From Torpedo marmorata (taxonomy: Eukaryota), in NCBI GenBank assembly GCA_977017645.1, contig OZ360250.1, positions 32,922,001 to 32,986,000 of the forward strand: a DNA stretch of 64,000 nt, written 5' to 3'. Shown piece after piece: positions 62,198-64,000 of the stretch. Positions within the stretch are counted from its first letter, which is position 1. Each line of letters starts with the position of its first letter. Made by a program: the position numbers and the translations under genes. Under the pieces are notes generated by a model. That model was not told where the DNA came from. It worked only from the letters and a program-made list of their open reading frames with translations, and did no database searches.

Positions 62198-63122
62198 TGA
62201 GTCAAGCTGAGGTTCTTATATGGCGACGCTGCCGGAGCCGCTGTAGCGGCAGCGCTGCCGCTGGTGCAGACCCGCGGGGAGCGTGGGAGCGGAGATACAG
62301 CGCTCCCGCGGGGTCCAACCGCCCAGTCGACTGCCGTCGGTTCCGCACGGGCTTTGAACAGCCCGTTAAAGGAGCCGACGGTGGTTTTATTTAAGATCCC
62401 GCGACCGCGGGGTCTGCGCCCAAGATGGCAGCGCCTTTTAACCGGCAGCAGCTTGGGCGCAGACCCCGCGGTCGCGGGATCTTAAATAAAACCACCGTCG
62501 GCTCCTTTAACGGGAAGCAGAGGACTGGAACAGGGCACCAGAGGACAGGAAGTTCACCCCCCCCCCCCCCCCCCCCCGTCTGAGAAGGAGAAGCAGAGGA
62601 GACGACCCATGGGACGGTGACCACGGCGGCGGACCGGTGAGGGGCTCTGAGGCTGAAGGACCAGTGCATGCGGCGGGCTGCTGGCGACTCGAGGCGAGGA
62701 ACCCGTGGAGGCTGTGGGCTGCTGGAGACTGCTGTCGGGGGACTCACGCCGGGCCGCGGACTGCTGGAGGCTGGCTCGAACTGGCTGGAGGAGTACCAGG
62801 TATTGGAACTGGGATGCGAGGGGGTGCCGAGGGCGACCTGACCGTGTTGGAGGTTAGGATCTGGAGCTCGGGTTGCCGATGGTTTGGACCAGACTCTGTG
62901 TGGCTGCGGAGGCTGCGGAAGCGCTGGAGGCGAATCTATGGACACTCGGTGACTCTGGGGGGACTCTCTTTTGCTTCTCTTTCTCTGACTGTAAGGAATG
63001 TTAGAGGCGCTTAGGCAATTTCTGCCGGTGGTGAATCTGTCTGCCTTGCAGCAGGCAAAAGGAAATTTCATGGAATATGACACTGTCTTATTACTATGAC
63101 AATAAATTGAATCTTGAATCTT
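62198..63122 (+). mobile_element. GC-rich non-coding retroposon, longest copy, with internal fold-back
   Basis: Structured GC head; AATAAATTGAATCTTGAATC tail. Confidence 0.85.
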
Positions 63123-63433
63123 ATATTGATCAGGAGAACTCAGAAATCAATTTAAACCCAGTCTGACGGAATGGACAATTAATAATCTGAATCTTCCCAA
63201 CCCTTTTTGGTCCAATCTCTTCTAACTGTTTGTAGTGGTAACTCGCAAGGTTTTCCTTGAAATTCAAGGTACTGCCGAAAGCAGTCAGGAACCCCATCCA
63301 CTGGATACCAATGGGATTCTGGTCAAGACCCGAGTAGTGAGACCACCTCTGTTTTCCCATTAAATGGAATCAAATCTGTAATCGTTCAGATGGATATATG
63401 CCTGAGTTATAACAATGGCTTCACTTCCTTGTA

Positions 63434-63790
63434 CGGTAGAAGTCCGAAAATCCGGACTGCTCGGGGACTGGATCGGTCCAGATTTTTGGATTTTCCGGAT
63501 TCTCGGGCAGTACTTTTAAAATTCAAATTTAAGGAGGAATAAAGAAGAGATGAACAGGTAAAATTTGATAGTTCATTCATGGGCAAATACCGCATGCTTC
63601 ATTTATCAAAACTAACAGTTTTAAAGAAAAATAAAGTCAACAAGCGTGGTCGCTTGTTGCCGCTGTGCATCTGTGGCACTTACGCATGCAGGCACACACA
63701 CAAAAAGTCCACTAAATTTAAAAAGTGTGAGAGTTTTCAAAAAGTCCGGATTCTCGGATTTCTAGCATCCGGATTTTTGGACTTCTACTT
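63434..63790. mobile_element. TcMar-type MITE
   Basis: TIR GTAGAAGTCCGAAAATCCGGA / TCCGGATTTTTGGACTTCTAC; TA on the left. Confidence 0.75.
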
Positions 63791-64000
63791 TGATTTTCTT
63801 GGTGTCGTCACAATTGGCTTTTGTGGGACAAGGGTGCACGAGGATCCGAACAAATCCATTCTTCTTATCCACTGAGAGACTCCTCTAAACCTCCTCCATG
63901 CTATTTACCGACAAGCAACCATTCTGGATCCATTAAATACACAAAAGTGGTGGACAAACTCAGCAGGTCCCGCAGCGTTCATAGGGGGCAAAGATATACA

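Overview
Repeat-dominated vertebrate genomic DNA, intronic or intergenic. The repeat set (CR1, Rex1/Babar, L1/Tx1 tails, Penelope-like elements, V-type and Deu-type SINEs, Tigger/TcMar, hAT and Harbinger MITEs, solo LTRs) suggests a cartilaginous fish, which is an inference. No intact host gene was recognised, and the long ORFs are decayed retroelement fragments or antisense/repeat shadows. Main observations: (1) a DMRT1-like N-terminus with half a DM domain (…KKLPRxPKCARCRNHAYVS) lies inside a TA-flanked DNA transposon, fused in frame to a 27-bp minisatellite; (2) more than a dozen minimal hammerhead-ribozyme motifs sit in Penelope pLTRs, in tandem and inverted arrangements; (3) a composite hAT unit (two mini-MITEs around a shared spacer) occurs three times; (4) a GC-rich non-coding retroposon family has a structured head and a LINE-type tail; (5) there is a candidate 45-nt exon with stops in all frames. 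Family names come from motif recognition by eye. Ends without a stated TSD are approximate.
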